Below are positions 16,514 through 27,424 of a DNA stretch of 64,000 bases, one piece after another. Each line of letters begins with the position of its first letter. Positions within the stretch are counted from its first letter, which is position 1. The notes under the pieces are model-generated. The model did not search any database. It was not told the DNA's origin and saw only the letters and a program-made list of their open reading frames with translations. The stretch covers positions 3,698 through 67,697 of the forward strand of contig CANQYM010000009.1 of assembly GCA_947628085.1 (NCBI GenBank), given 5' to 3'. A program made the translations under genes and the position numbers. This stretch comes from an uncultured Clostridia bacterium. Lineage in GTDB: Bacteria > Bacillota > Clostridia > TANB77 > CAG-508.

Positions 16514-17086
16514 ATGATTTTGGAAACAGAAGAAAATAAAAATAATGAAGAAAAAAATAATTTAAATGAAACAGAAAATGTAGTAGAAAATGCGGTAGAG
16601 GAAAACAAAGAGGTAGAGGCTCAAGAAGGAAATCAAAATATTGCAGAAGCTGAATTAAGTAAATTAAAAGAAGAATATGATGAATTAGATGATAGATATA
16701 AAAGAATATTAGCAGAATTTGAAAACTACAAAAAAAGAAGTCAAAAAGAAAAAGAAAGTATTTATGGAATGATTACAGCAGATGTTGTAGCAGTAATGCT
16801 TCCAATAATGGATAATTTGGAAAAGGCTGGAAACACAAAAACTGATGACGAAAAATATCAAGAAGGAATAAAATTAGTTGCAAGACAATTTAGAGAAGCA
16901 TTAAAGTCATTAGGATTAGAAGAAATTGAAACAGTAGGTCAAAGATTTAATCCAGAATTTCATGAGGCTGTAAGTCATATAGAAGATGAAAGCAAAGGAG
17001 AACAAGAAATTGTTCAAGAATACAGAAAAGGATATAAAATAGGAAATAAAGTAGTTAGACATTCTATGGTTATTGTAGCAAATTGA
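16514..17086 (+). CDS. grpE: Nucleotide exchange factor GrpE
   Basis: R..AEFENYKKR and FNP..HEA motifs; position in the hrcA-grpE-dnaK-dnaJ operon. Confidence 0.95.
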   Translation: MILETEENKNNEEKNNLNETENVVENAVEENKEVEAQEGNQNIAEAELSKLKEEYDELDDRYKRILAEFENYKKRSQKEKESIYGMITADVVAVMLPIMDNLEKAGNTKTDDEKYQEGIKLVARQFREALKSLGLEEIETVGQRFNPEFHEAVSHIEDESKGEQEIVQEYRKGYKIGNKVVRHSMVIVAN

Positions 17087-17202
17087 TATTTACATTAGTC
17101 TTTAAATTTTTTATATAAATCAACTAAAGAAAAAAATAAGTTTAAAATTAACTTAAAAATATGAAAATAATAATAAAGAAAATAAAGGGAGGAATTTTCA
17201 AA

Positions 17203-19068
17203 ATGGGAAAAATTATTGGTATCGACTTAGGAACAACAAACTCTTGCGTTTCTGTTATGGAAGGTGGAGAAGCTGTTGTAATACCTAACGCTGAAGGAAA
17301 CAGAACAACACCTTCAGTAGTTGCTTTTTCTAAAACAGGAGAAAGATTAGTAGGACAGATTGCAAAACGTCAAGCTGTTTCAAACCCAGACAAAACAGTT
17401 ATTTCTATTAAAAGAAAAATGGGAACAAATGAAAAAATAAAAATAGAAGGAGATGAATTTTCTCCACAAGAAATTTCAGCAATGATATTACAAAAATTAA
17501 AAGCAGATGCTGAAAATTATTTAGGAACAACAGTTACACAAGCTGTTATTACAGTTCCTGCATATTTTAGCGATAGCCAAAGACAAGCTACAAAAGATGC
17601 TGGTAAAATAGCTGGACTAGAAGTTTTAAGAATCATAAACGAACCAACAGCAGCAGCTTTAGCTTATGGAATGGATAAAGAAGACCAAGATCAAAAAATT
17701 ATGATATATGACTTAGGTGGTGGAACTTTTGATGTTTCTATACTAGATATAGGAGATGGAGTTTTCGAAGTTTTATCTACAAATGGTAACACACATTTAG
17801 GTGGAGATGATTTTGATGAAGCTATTATTAATTATTTAGTTAGCGAATTCAAAAAATCAGAAGGTATAGATTTAAAATCAGATAATTCAGCAATGCAAAG
17901 ACTAAAAGAAGCTGCAGAAAAAGCTAAAATAGAGCTTTCTGGAATACAACAAACTCAAGTTAACTTACCATTCATCACAGCAGATAGTAATGGACCAAAA
18001 CACTTAGACATTACATTAACAAGAGCTAAATTTGAAGAATTAATTGGAAAATTAGTAGAAGATACAAAAGTTCCAGTTGAACAAGCAATGAAAGATGCTG
18101 GTGTTACACCTGCAGATATTCATAAAGTATTATTAGTTGGTGGTTCTACAAGAGTTCCATTAGTTCAAGAAATGGTTAAGAAAATAACAGGAAAAGAACC
18201 AGATAAAGGAATTAACCCAGATGAATGTGTTGCAATTGGTGCAGCTATTCAAGGTGGTGTTTTATCAGGAGATGTTAAAGATCTAGTATTACTAGATGTA
18301 ACACCATTATCATTAGGAATTGAAACATATGGTGGTGTATTTACAAAATTAATTGAAAGAAACACTACAATTCCAACAAAGAAATCTCAAGTTTTCTCTA
18401 CAGCAGGAGATGGTCAAACATCTGTTGAAGTTCACGTTCTACAAGGTGAAAGAGAAATGGCAGCATATAACAAAACATTAGGAAGATTCCAATTAACAGG
18501 AATCCCACCAGCACCTAGAGGAGTTCCTCAAATTGAAGTAACATTCGATATAGATGCTAACGGTATAGTTCACGTTTCTGCAAAAGATCAAGCTACAGGA
18601 AATGAACAAAAAGTTTCAATAACTGCTAGCACAAATCTTTCTGAAGATGATATTAATCAAGCTATTAAAGATGCAGAAGCACATGCTGCTGAAGACAAGA
18701 AGAGAAAAGAAGAAATTGAAGTTAGAAATAATGCTGAAAGCTTAGTTTATAATAGCCAAAAAACATTAGATGAATTAGGAGATAAAATTAGTGGCGAAGA
18801 AAAATCTAAAGTTGAAGCTGAAATGGAAAATGTAAGAAAAGCTTTAGAGGGAACAAGTGTTGATGCAATTAAAGATTCTACCGAAAAACTAACAAAAGTA
18901 TTCTATGAATTATCAGAAAAATTATATTCAGCACAAGCTGCTGCAAATCAAGCTGGAACAGAAACAGCTGGAACAGCTACAGATAGTGGAGAAGCAAAAG
19001 AAGGAACAGTTTATGATGCTGACTATAAAGTAGAAGATGATAATAATAATGATGATAATAATAACTAG
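17203..19068 (+). CDS. dnaK: Molecular chaperone DnaK (Hsp70)
   Basis: [16 protein letters not shown] and [12 protein letters not shown]. The ATG at 17203 is preceded by AAGGGAGG. Confidence 0.98.
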   Translation: MGKIIGIDLGTTNSCVSVMEGGEAVVIPNAEGNRTTPSVVAFSKTGERLVGQIAKRQAVSNPDKTVISIKRKMGTNEKIKIEGDEFSPQEISAMILQKLKADAENYLGTTVTQAVITVPAYFSDSQRQATKDAGKIAGLEVLRIINEPTAAALAYGMDKEDQDQKIMIYDLGGGTFDVSILDIGDGVFEVLSTNGNTHLGGDDFDEAIINYLVSEFKKSEGIDLKSDNSAMQRLKEAAEKAKIELSGIQQTQVNLPFITADSNGPKHLDITLTRAKFEELIGKLVEDTKVPVEQAMKDAGVTPADIHKVLLVGGSTRVPLVQEMVKKITGKEPDKGINPDECVAIGAAIQGGVLSGDVKDLVLLDVTPLSLGIETYGGVFTKLIERNTTIPTKKSQVFSTAGDGQTSVEVHVLQGEREMAAYNKTLGRFQLTGIPPAPRGVPQIEVTFDIDANGIVHVSAKDQATGNEQKVSITASTNLSEDDINQAIKDAEAHAAEDKKRKEEIEVRNNAESLVYNSQKTLDELGDKISGEEKSKVEAEMENVRKALEGTSVDAIKDSTEKLTKVFYELSEKLYSAQAAANQAGTETAGTATDSGEAKEGTVYDADYKVEDDNNNDDNNN

Positions 19069-19225
19069 TTTTAACATATAATGGTTATAAGAGAGGTCAG
19101 AAATAAAAGCTGGCCTCTATATAGCTATTATAGAATGTAATACATAATTTTTAAATAATAGTATTTCAAAACAATCTCTATATAGATAATAAAAAACATA
19201 AAATCTTAGGAGGATTATTTTTAAA

Positions 19226-20383
19226 ATGGCACAAAAACGAGATTATTATGAGGTTTTAGGGGTAAGTAAATCTGCAACAGATGATGAATTAAAAAGAGCT
19301 TATAGAAAATTAGCAAAAAAATATCATCCAGACGCAAATCCAGATAACAAAGAAGAAGCAGAGAAAAAATTCAAAGAAGTTAATGAAGCATATGAAATTC
19401 TTTCAGATAAACAAAAAAGACAAATGTATGACCAATTTGGATTTGATGGTCCACAAAACTTTGGAGGAGGCCAAGGAGGAGGATACTACTCTTATGGCTC
19501 TGGCTTTAGTGGCTTCGGTGGATTTTCAGACTTTGGAGACTTTGGCGATTTAGGAGATATATTCTCATCTTTTTTCGGAGGAGGTTCATCTAGAAGTAGA
19601 AGTTCAAATGGAGTTAGAAAAGGTGCAGATTTAAAAATAAATCTTGAAATAACATTTGAAGAATCATATCTTGGAGTAGAAAAAGAAATAAGTTTAAATA
19701 GAAATGAAACATGTTCTTCTTGTAACGGAACAGGAGCTAGAAGAGGGACATCACCAGAAAAATGTTCAATGTGTGGTGGAGTTGGAAAAATAAAACAAGT
19801 AGTTACTACTCCTTTTGGTCAAATGGCAACTCAAAAAGTTTGTACACAATGTGGTGGCCAAGGAAAAATTATTAAAGAGCCATGTCCTGAATGTAGAGGA
19901 AAAGGAACAATAAAACGTGGAATGAAACTAAAAGTTAAAATTCCTGAAGGAATAGATAATGGCCAAACAGTAGTATTAAAAGGTGAGGGCGAGCCAGGAA
20001 TTAATGGTGGTCCTAAAGGAGATTTATATATAGTAGTTCATGTTAAAAGACACAATATTTATACAAGAAAATCTGAACACGTATTATGTGATATACCAAT
20101 AACTATAACAGGAGCAACTTTAGGAGCAGATATTGAAGTACCTATGGTTGATGGAACTAAAGAAATATATAGAATACCAGAAGGAACACAAACAGGAACA
20201 AAATTTACAATTAAAAACAAAGGATTTAAGAGTGTAAATGGAAATTGGAGAGGCGACTTTGTTTTCACTGTAATAGTTCAAACACCTAAGAGATTAACAA
20301 ACGAGCAAAGAGTATTATTACAACAACTTGCAAAAACAATGAATGAACAACCACCAATAAGAAAAAAAGGAATATTTGGATAA
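19226..20383 (+). CDS. dnaJ: Molecular chaperone DnaJ (type I)
   Basis: J-domain HPD (KKYHPDANP), a G/F-rich region, and four CxxCxGxG zinc-finger repeats. Confidence 0.97.
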   Translation: MAQKRDYYEVLGVSKSATDDELKRAYRKLAKKYHPDANPDNKEEAEKKFKEVNEAYEILSDKQKRQMYDQFGFDGPQNFGGGQGGGYYSYGSGFSGFGGFSDFGDFGDLGDIFSSFFGGGSSRSRSSNGVRKGADLKINLEITFEESYLGVEKEISLNRNETCSSCNGTGARRGTSPEKCSMCGGVGKIKQVVTTPFGQMATQKVCTQCGGQGKIIKEPCPECRGKGTIKRGMKLKVKIPEGIDNGQTVVLKGEGEPGINGGPKGDLYIVVHVKRHNIYTRKSEHVLCDIPITITGATLGADIEVPMVDGTKEIYRIPEGTQTGTKFTIKNKGFKSVNGNWRGDFVFTVIVQTPKRLTNEQRVLLQQLAKTMNEQPPIRKKGIFG

Positions 20384-22607
20384 ATTGGAATTAAAAGGTC
20401 AAATTGAAGAATTTATATATCAAAATGAATCAAATAGTTATAGCATAGCTGTATTTAATACAGAAAATCAAGAGGTAGTAACAGTAGTAGGTTATCTACC
20501 TTTTATTGCTGTTGGGGACACTTTAAAACTTCAAGGAAAAATGGTAGTTCATCAAGAATATGGAGAACAATTTAAAATTGAAACATTTGAAAAATTAATG
20601 CCAGAAAGTGCAGCTGCATTAGAAAAATATTTAGCGAGTGGAACTATTAAAGGAATAGGACCTGCAACAGCTAGAAAAATAATAGATAGATTTGGAGAAG
20701 AAACTTTAGCTGTTTTTAAATTTGAACCTTTAAGACTTGCAGAAATAAAAGGAATAACAAAAGATAGAGCTTATGAAATAAGTGAAGAATTTAACGAAAA
20801 GTGGGAAGTATGGCAAATTGTAAGTTTTTTAGAGCAATTTGGAATAGGTGCAAATAATAGTAAAAAAGTTTATGATGCTTTGGGAGTAAATGCAGTAGAA
20901 AAAATTCAAGAAAATCCATACATATTAGTAGACGTCGTTTATGGGGTTAATTTTTATAACATAGATAGAATTGCTATGCAAATTGGTGTACCAATGGATA
21001 GCGATTATAGAATTAAAAGTGGAATAAAATATGCTTTATTAGTAGCAAGCTATAATGGACATACTTGTGTAGAAAAAGAAAATTTAATTAATTACGTAAA
21101 AGATATTTTAGATGTTAGTGAGGAGCTAGTAAAAAATAATATTATAAATTTAAATGTAGCATCAGAAATTCATTTAGTTGAAGATGATGACAAAGAATAT
21201 GTGTTTTTAGAGCCATTTTATAAAGCTGAGAAAAATATAGCAGAAAGACTATGCATATTAAGAGACTGTAAAAATACAAAACATATGAAAGACTTTAAAA
21301 AAGAAATAAAAAAACACGAAGATAAATTAGATATAGAATTATCTGAAAAACAGTTTGAAGCAATTTCACAAATAAATGATAATAATGTTTGCATAATCAC
21401 GGGTGGCCCAGGAACTGGAAAAACAACTATCATAAAATTTGTAATAGATATTTATAAAGAGCAAAAAAAGAAAGTAGTTTTGTGTGCACCAACTGGAAGA
21501 GCTGCAAAACGTATGAGTGAAACAACAGGGGAAGAAGCAAAAACAATACATAGATTATTAGAAATTGGCAAATTTGAAGAAGATAAATTAGGAAGTATAG
21601 ATACAGATGTTACACCAGTAGACGCAGATGTTTTAGTTATTGATGAAATGTCTATGGTGGATGTTTTTCTTATGAATTACTTGGTTAAAGCAGTTTTTTT
21701 AGGAACTAAAATTATTTTTGTTGGTGATCCAAATCAATTACCATCTGTTGGACCTGGAAGTATTTTAAAAGATTTAATTGATTCAAAAGAATTTGCAACT
21801 GTTCATTTAGATAAAATTTTTAGACAAGCAGCTAAAAGTAAAATTATTGTAAATGCACATAATGTAAACAATGGAATAAATTTTATTGGCAAAAAAGATT
21901 ATGGAGAAGATTCAGAAAATGATTTCTTTTATATAAATGAATCTAATCAAGATAAAATGCTTTATCAAGTATTATCTTTAAGTAAAGAACGTTTAAAAAA
22001 CTATGGAGATTTTGAATTTTTCACTAACATACAAGTTTTAACTCCTACTAAAAAAGGAAAACTTGGAACAAAAGAATTAAATAAATATTTGCAAAATGAA
22101 CTTAACCCTAAAACAGATGAAATTCTAGAAAAGAGCTATGGAGATATCACTTTTAGAGAAGGTGATAGAGTTATGCAAATTAAAAACAATTATGATATTT
22201 ACTGGGAAAAAGGTAGCACAAAAAATTTAAAAACTTTTGAAGCAGGAACAGGTGTATTTAACGGAGAAATAGGAAGAATTGCTAAAATAGATTATGAAAA
22301 TAAACAAATTGAAATAGATTTTGATGATGGAAAAACAGCATGGTATGCTTTTTCAGAATTAGACCAATTAGAGCATGCTTATGCAATTACAATTCATAAG
22401 GCACAAGGAAGTGAGTTTGATGTTGTAATTTTAGTAGTTCCGCCATCATCAAATATGCTACTTACAAGAAATTTATTATACACAGGAATAACAAGAGCAA
22501 AAAAACTTCTAATTGTAATTGGTAATAAAGATTTAATTAGTTTTATGATTAACAATTCAGAAGTTAAAAAAAGAAATACCGGTTTAAAATTAAAATTTAA
22601 AAATTAA
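20376..22607 (+). CDS. recD2: ATP-dependent RecD-like DNA helicase (RecD2 / SF1B)
   Basis: HhH region [11 protein letters not shown], Walker [21 protein letters not shown], and C-terminal [13 protein letters not shown]. The TTG start overlaps the dnaJ stop. Confidence 0.85.
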   Translation: MDKLELKGQIEEFIYQNESNSYSIAVFNTENQEVVTVVGYLPFIAVGDTLKLQGKMVVHQEYGEQFKIETFEKLMPESAAALEKYLASGTIKGIGPATARKIIDRFGEETLAVFKFEPLRLAEIKGITKDRAYEISEEFNEKWEVWQIVSFLEQFGIGANNSKKVYDALGVNAVEKIQENPYILVDVVYGVNFYNIDRIAMQIGVPMDSDYRIKSGIKYALLVASYNGHTCVEKENLINYVKDILDVSEELVKNNIINLNVASEIHLVEDDDKEYVFLEPFYKAEKNIAERLCILRDCKNTKHMKDFKKEIKKHEDKLDIELSEKQFEAISQINDNNVCIITGGPGTGKTTIIKFVIDIYKEQKKKVVLCAPTGRAAKRMSETTGEEAKTIHRLLEIGKFEEDKLGSIDTDVTPVDADVLVIDEMSMVDVFLMNYLVKAVFLGTKIIFVGDPNQLPSVGPGSILKDLIDSKEFATVHLDKIFRQAAKSKIIVNAHNVNNGINFIGKKDYGEDSENDFFYINESNQDKMLYQVLSLSKERLKNYGDFEFFTNIQVLTPTKKGKLGTKELNKYLQNELNPKTDEILEKSYGDITFREGDRVMQIKNNYDIYWEKGSTKNLKTFEAGTGVFNGEIGRIAKIDYENKQIEIDFDDGKTAWYAFSELDQLEHAYAITIHKAQGSEFDVVILVVPPSSNMLLTRNLLYTGITRAKKLLIVIGNKDLISFMINNSEVKKRNTGLKLKFKN

Positions 22608-22641
22608 AAACCAAAAAATTAATTTAAAATAAAAAAGAAAG

Positions 22642-22674
22642 AAGATTTCAGGCTAAAGCTTGAAGTCTTTTTTG
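22642..22674 (+). terminator. Rho-independent terminator after recD2
   Basis: An 11-bp stem (two G-U pairs), AAGATTTCAGG / CTTGAAGTCTT, followed by a T-run. Confidence 0.6.
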
Positions 22675-22686
22675 TTTTAAAAATAT

Positions 22687-22712
22687 TGTCGAAAACCTAT
22701 TAAAATACGACA
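22687..22712. promoter_or_regulatory. Pair of inverted Spo0A boxes upstream of spoIIA
   Basis: TGTCGAA (22687-22693, exact 0A-box consensus TGNCGAA) and TACGACA (22706-22712), which is TGTCGTA on the other strand. Confidence 0.5.
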
Positions 22713-22731
22713 AAACTAGTCCTTTTTCTAT

Positions 22732-22761
22732 GAAGGGCTTTTTTTATTATTTTAGAATATT
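22732..22761 (+). promoter_or_regulatory. Candidate sigma-H promoter of the spoIIA operon
   Basis: GAAGGGCTT, 12 nt spacer, TAGAATATT, compared with RNAGGAWWW-N11/12-RNNGAATWW. Confidence 0.4.
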
Positions 22762-22797
22762 TAATATATAAATTTTTTAAAAGGAGGACATAAAAAA

Positions 22798-23130
22798 TTG
22801 AATGTAAAACATTTTATTGAGGACAAGTTATTAATTTTTGAAGTAAATGAGGAAATAGACCATCACACTTCTGAAAGAATTAGAAAAAGAGCAGATTATG
22901 AAATTGAACGCTTTATGCCAAAGAAAGTTATTTTTGACTTTAAAAAAGTAAATTTTATGGATAGTGCTGGGATAGGATTAATAATTGGAAGATATAAGCT
23001 TACAAATAGTTTTGGAGGAGAACTAGAGCTTGTAAATGTAAGCAATAAATTAAGAAGAGTTTTTGAAATGTCTGGAATATTAAAAATAATACCTATTACT
23101 CAAAACTTTTCTAATGAGAAAACAGGATAA
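22798..23130 (+). CDS. spoIIAA: Anti-sigma-F factor antagonist SpoIIAA (STAS domain)
   Basis: DHHTSE and FMDSAGIGLIIGRYK (the phosphorylatable Ser after Asp is retained). TTG start after AGGAGG. Confidence 0.9.
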   Translation: MNVKHFIEDKLLIFEVNEEIDHHTSERIRKRADYEIERFMPKKVIFDFKKVNFMDSAGIGLIIGRYKLTNSFGGELELVNVSNKLRRVFEMSGILKIIPITQNFSNEKTG

Positions 23131-23238
23131 AGCTTAAAAAAATTAATAAAGAAAACTAATAAAAAAGATTAGAAAAAATTTTTTATTAAATGAGAAAGGA
23201 GAAATAATCTAATTATTAAATTGGGTTATGTAAAAAAT

Positions 23239-23688
23239 ATGAAAAATATAAAAAATGAAATGAAAATGGAATTTGCAAGCAAATCTGCTAATGAGGCTTT
23301 TGCAAGAGTTTCAGTAGCTGCATTTGTTTCACAACTAGACCCAACTATAGAAGAAATTGCAGATATAAAAACTTCAGTTTCAGAGGCTGTAACAAATGCT
23401 ATTATACATGCTTATCCAAATAAAGATGGAGTAGTAAAAGTGAGAGCACTTTTATATGAAGATGAAATAGAAGTTGAAGTTTCAGATACAGGTGAAGGAA
23501 TTGAAAATATAGAAGAGGCAAGAGAACCTTTATATACCACAAAAGGAAATTTAGAGCGTTCTGGAATGGGATTTACTATTATGGAAAATTTTATGGACGA
23601 GCTTAAAGTGGAATCTATTGTTGGATTAGGAACAAAAGTTACTATGAGTAAAAAAATAAATAAAGCATTACAAAAAAATACATATTAG
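23239..23688 (+). CDS. spoIIAB: Anti-sigma-F factor SpoIIAB (serine protein kinase)
   Basis: NE.FARV.VAAF..QLDPT.EE..DIKT.VSEAVTNAIIH and GMGFT. The ATG at 23239 gives ~150 aa. Confidence 0.9.
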   Translation: MKNIKNEMKMEFASKSANEAFARVSVAAFVSQLDPTIEEIADIKTSVSEAVTNAIIHAYPNKDGVVKVRALLYEDEIEVEVSDTGEGIENIEEAREPLYTTKGNLERSGMGFTIMENFMDELKVESIVGLGTKVTMSKKINKALQKNTY

Positions 23689-23697
23689 GAGGATTTG

Positions 23698-24301
23698 ATG
23701 CACGAGAGAGAAAAGGCTCTTATTGTACAAGCACAGCAAGGAGATAAAGAAAAATTATCACAAATTATAGAAAATAATAAACGGACTAATATGGAGTATT
23801 GTAAAAAGATTTTTAGGAAGAGGATATGAAGCAGATGATTTGTATCAAATTGCATGTATAGGCTTTATAGAAGCAATACAGAGATTTAATTTTAAATTTG
23901 ATGTGGAGCTTTCCACATATTCAGTACAATATATGATTGGCGAAATAAAGAAGTTTTTAAGAGATGATGGAATTATAAGAATAAGTAGAAACCTTAAGAA
24001 AATAGGAATAAAAGCATCACAAATTGTAGAATCAATAAATGAAAAAATAGATGATGGAGGAAAAGAACTTGTAGAAGTTTTAGCAAAAGATGAAGATGAG
24101 CAAATGAAAATTATAGATAAAATAACAGTATTAGAACTTTTAGAAGAATTAAATTATAGAGATAGAGAATTAATAAGTTTAAGATATTTTAAAGATAAAA
24201 CACAAGCTCAAGTTGCAAATATTCTAGGAATTTCTCAAGTTCATGTTTCAAGAATAGAAAAAAGAATTTTAAAAGATTTTAAAAGTAAATTGTTAGCTTA
24301 A
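23698..24301 (+). pseudogene. sigF: Sporulation sigma factor SigF, with a 1-nt frameshift near 23779-23783 and a shortened region 3
   Basis: The N-terminal 27 codons (MHEREKALIVQAQQGDKEKLSQIIENN) are in one frame, preceded by SD AGGAGG. The conserved GLIWSIVKRFLGRGYEADDLYQIACIG... continues in the next frame (open from 23771), while the first frame stops at 23827. Region 4 reads TQAQVANILGISQVHVSRIEK. Confidence 0.75.
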
Positions 24302-24377
24302 ATATTAGTTTAAAATAATTTTTTAATTAGCAGTAACTAATTTTAAAAATTATTATTTTTAGGAGAGAGGTTATAAT

Positions 24378-25349
24378 TTGAAAAAAATAATATTTTATTT
24401 ATTTTTTATTATTATTCTAATTATCACAATGCCAATTATTTTTACTGATGTATTTAAAACAGAAGAAACATCATCTAATGAAGGAATAGATGAAATGTTT
24501 GATTATGGAGAATTTAGTAATATTAAATTATTGCATACAGAAACAGGAGAAATTGAAGAATTAAACTTAGATGAATATTTATATGGTGTAGTTGCAAGTG
24601 AAATGCCAGCAAGTTTTGAAATGGAAGCATTAAAAGCGCAAGCAGTGTCAGCTAGAACATACACAATATATCAAATAAAAAACGGAAGTAAACATGATAA
24701 TTGTGATTTATGTGATAGCTCTCTTCATTGCCAAGCATGGATTTCTAAAGAAAATAGATTTGCTAGATGGGAAGAAAATTTAAGAGAAGAATATTGGAAT
24801 AAAATAGTAAAATCTGTTAATGATACAAAAGGAAAGTTAGTTTTATATAATGGAGAGCCAATAAATGCATTATTTCATAGCAATAGTGGCGGAAAAACAG
24901 AACTTGCACTAAATGTTTGGGGTGGAGATTTTCCATATTTTCAAGTAGTTGAAACTTCAGGAGAAGATGCATACACATCTTATAATTCAGAAGTTCAAAT
25001 TTCAAAAGATGAATTAGTTTCCAAAATGATTGAAAAATATGCAAATTTTGAAATAGATTTTGGAAAAGAAGATTGTATAAAGATTATTGAATATACAGAT
25101 AGTGGGAGAGTTAAAAAAATAAAAATTGGAAATATTGAACTTTCTGGGGTAGAAGTTAGAAATTTATTCAATTTAAAATCAACTAAATTTAGTTTTGAAA
25201 TAAGTAAAGATACTATAAAATTTGCAGTTATCGGATATGGACATGGTGTTGGATTAAGTCAATGTGGAAGTGATGCTTTAGCAAAGCAAGGAAAAAATTA
25301 TGAAGAAATTTTAAAATATTATTATAAAGATGTGGAAATAAGTGAATAA
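24378..25349 (+). CDS. spoIID: Stage II sporulation protein D (lytic transglycosylase)
   Basis: YL.GVVASEMPASFE.EALKAQAV.ARTY, ALFHSNSGG.TE and GHGVG.SQ.G. Confidence 0.9.
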   Translation: MKKIIFYLFFIIILIITMPIIFTDVFKTEETSSNEGIDEMFDYGEFSNIKLLHTETGEIEELNLDEYLYGVVASEMPASFEMEALKAQAVSARTYTIYQIKNGSKHDNCDLCDSSLHCQAWISKENRFARWEENLREEYWNKIVKSVNDTKGKLVLYNGEPINALFHSNSGGKTELALNVWGGDFPYFQVVETSGEDAYTSYNSEVQISKDELVSKMIEKYANFEIDFGKEDCIKIIEYTDSGRVKKIKIGNIELSGVEVRNLFNLKSTKFSFEISKDTIKFAVIGYGHGVGLSQCGSDALAKQGKNYEEILKYYYKDVEISE

Positions 25350-25391
25350 ACCTCTAAAAAATGTAAATACTAGAAATAGTTAATTACTAAT

Positions 25392-26189
25392 ATGGAGGTT
25401 TTTATGGGAAAGAGAGAATATTATGAAGAAGAAAGATTGAAAAAAATAGCTGGTATTTTTAGCATAGTTTTAATTTTGTCTATAGTAATTTTTTTAACTA
25501 TATTTGTTATGTATAATAAAAAATTAAGAGAAGAGGCAAATAACAATATTGAAAGTTTAGGCAAATTGAATGAAATTGTATCTAATGAAGACTTAGAAGA
25601 AACTAGTTTTTCATCAGATTTAACAGTAACAAATTCTGCTACAAACAGTACCTCAAAAAATGAAAGTACAAACGAGATTGAAAACACAAGTAAAAAAACA
25701 GTTAATACTACTCCAGTAAAAGCAACTGTAGAAAATACAACTCAAAACACAAATGAAGTAGCTAAAACTGAGGAAAAGAAAGAATTAAAATTTGAGGCAC
25801 CAGTTTCAGGAGAAATAATAAAAGATTTTGCAATGGATACATTAATTTATTCAAACACTTTAGAGGAGTGGACAACTCATTCTGGAATTGATATAAAAGC
25901 GGATAAAACTTCAATTGTGGTTTCTGCAGAAGAAGGTGTTGTAGAAAGCATAAAAAATGATCCTAGATATGGTCTAACAATAGTATTAAAACATGATGAT
26001 GGATTTAAAACAATTTATTCAAATTTGTTAACAACTGAATTTGTTTCAGAAGGAGAAAAGGTAGATAAAGGACAAACTATAGCAACAGTTGGAGAAACTG
26101 CAAGCTTTGAGGTTTCAGATGAAAGCCATTTACATTTTGAAATGTATAAAGATGGAGAAGTTGTTAATCCTACAATATATTTAAAATAA
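25392..26189 (+). CDS. Membrane-anchored M23/LytM peptidase, SpoIIQ-like (adjacent to spoIID)
   Basis: N-terminal TM segment, low-complexity linker, and a C-terminal LytM domain with HSGIDI and HLHFEM (metal ligands intact). The SpoIIQ assignment rests on context only. Confidence 0.6.
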   Translation: MEVFMGKREYYEEERLKKIAGIFSIVLILSIVIFLTIFVMYNKKLREEANNNIESLGKLNEIVSNEDLEETSFSSDLTVTNSATNSTSKNESTNEIENTSKKTVNTTPVKATVENTTQNTNEVAKTEEKKELKFEAPVSGEIIKDFAMDTLIYSNTLEEWTTHSGIDIKADKTSIVVSAEEGVVESIKNDPRYGLTIVLKHDDGFKTIYSNLLTTEFVSEGEKVDKGQTIATVGETASFEVSDESHLHFEMYKDGEVVNPTIYLK

Positions 26190-26194
26190 AAAAT

Positions 26195-26259
26195 GCTGAT
26201 ATATTATTATAAAAGTGACAATATAGAAAGTTACTTTATAATAATATATCAGCTTTTTT
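26195..26259 (+). terminator. Long-stem rho-independent terminator
   Basis: 19-bp perfect arms GCTGATATATTATTATAAA / TTTATAATAATATATCAGC followed by T6. Confidence 0.75.
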
Positions 26260-26346
26260 AGAATAACCAGTATTTTGTATTGAAAAAATTTTTTTGTTAT
26301 GTTATAAATATATATAGATTTAAAAACAGAAAAGAGGAATAAAAAA

Positions 26347-26451
26347 ATGGATAAAAGAAAAATATTTACAAAAATTATAGCAATATTAGCATTGCTTTTA
26401 ATGGTATTTTCAGTATGTGGAACATTATTATTTTATTTGTTAAATAGATAA
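26347..26451 (+). CDS. Unlisted 34-aa hydrophobic micro-protein upstream of cdaA
   Basis: ATG preceded by AGAGGAATAAAAAA. Translation is MDKRKIFTKIIAILALLLMVFSVCGTLLFYLLNR (basic N-terminus plus one TM segment). It falls below the ORF-track length cutoff. Confidence 0.4.
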   Translation: MDKRKIFTKIIAILALLLMVFSVCGTLLFYLLNR

Positions 26452-26476
26452 AAAATATAGATTGGAGTTGTAATTA

Positions 26477-27361
26477 ATGATAGGTCAAACTTTTGAAACC
26501 TTTTATGAAACGCAAATTCTTGATAAAATCAATAATTTACATACAAGTCCTTTAGCCATAATTACTACAGTATTAGATTTAGTAATTGTTATATTTTTAA
26601 TTTATAAAGCTTTTAAAATGTTAAAAGAAACAAGAGCATGGCAATTATTAAAAGGTATAGCAGTATTAATTGTAATAACTCTTTTAAGTGGTTATTTGAA
26701 TTTAACAATACTAAATTATGTATTAACTTCAGTAATGTCTTATGGAGTAATAATGCTTATTATAGTATTCCAACCAGAACTTAGAAGAGCATTAGAGCAA
26801 TTAGGAACAACTAATAAATTTAGTAGATTTTTAGGAATAGATCAAGATTTAAATGCAAAAAAGAAGGAAAATATTTATAAAATAGCTATTGCAGCAGTAG
26901 AATTATCAAATCAAAAAAAGGGTGCTTTAATTGTTATTGAGCGAGATATAAAAATTCAAGATATTACTGCAACAGGAATATTAATGAATTCAGAAATTTC
27001 ACCACAGTTACTAGTTAATATTTTTGAACCTAAAACACCACTTCATGATGGAGCTGTTATTATTAGCGATAATAAAATTGCTGCAGCATCTTGTATGCTT
27101 CCTTTAGCAGATGATAAAGATATTGCAAGAGAGCTAGGAACTAGACATAGAGCTGCAATTGGAATTTCTAAAGAATCTGATGCAATTGTAGTTGTTGTTT
27201 CAGAAGAAACAGGAAAAATTTCTATTGCAAAAGATGGTACATTAATTGCAGATGTAAGAGAAGATGTGCTTAAAAAGATATTAATAAAAAATCTAATTAC
27301 AGAACCAATACACACATCTAAATCTAAAAAGTCAAATGAGAAAAAAGAAAAAAATTCATAA
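26477..27361 (+). CDS. cdaA: Diadenylate cyclase CdaA (DisA_N/DAC domain, 3 N-terminal TM segments)
   Basis: GALIVIERD, PLHDGAVII, GTRHRAAIGISKESDAIVVVVSEETGKIS. Confidence 0.92.
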   Translation: MIGQTFETFYETQILDKINNLHTSPLAIITTVLDLVIVIFLIYKAFKMLKETRAWQLLKGIAVLIVITLLSGYLNLTILNYVLTSVMSYGVIMLIIVFQPELRRALEQLGTTNKFSRFLGIDQDLNAKKKENIYKIAIAAVELSNQKKGALIVIERDIKIQDITATGILMNSEISPQLLVNIFEPKTPLHDGAVIISDNKIAAASCMLPLADDKDIARELGTRHRAAIGISKESDAIVVVVSEETGKISIAKDGTLIADVREDVLKKILIKNLITEPIHTSKSKKSNEKKEKNS

Positions 27362-27371
27362 AAATAAGTTT

Positions 27372-27424
27372 AAAAAAACCTCCAAATGAGTATATTATTT
27401 ATAAGACTTTTAGGAGGTTTTTTT
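27372..27424 (+). terminator. Hairpin after cdaA whose 3' arm contains the clpC Shine-Dalgarno
   Basis: AAAAAAACCTCC (27372-27383) pairs with GGAGGTTTTTTT (27413-24) across a 29-nt loop. The ATG of clpC is at 27425. Confidence 0.5.

Noticed and set aside
19094-19120. Hairpin AGAGGTCA...TGGCCTCT between dnaK and dnaJ
   Set aside because: This is probably the partial intra-operon terminator or processing hairpin common in dnaK operons. It has no T-run and nothing unusual.
23840-24301. ORF-track entry 23840-24301 considered as a stand-alone 153-aa sigma-like protein
   Set aside because: Its frame is open from 23771 and encodes conserved sigma region 2.1-2.2 (GLIWSIVKRFLGRGYE) upstream of the listed TTG. 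It is the 3' part of a frameshifted sigF.
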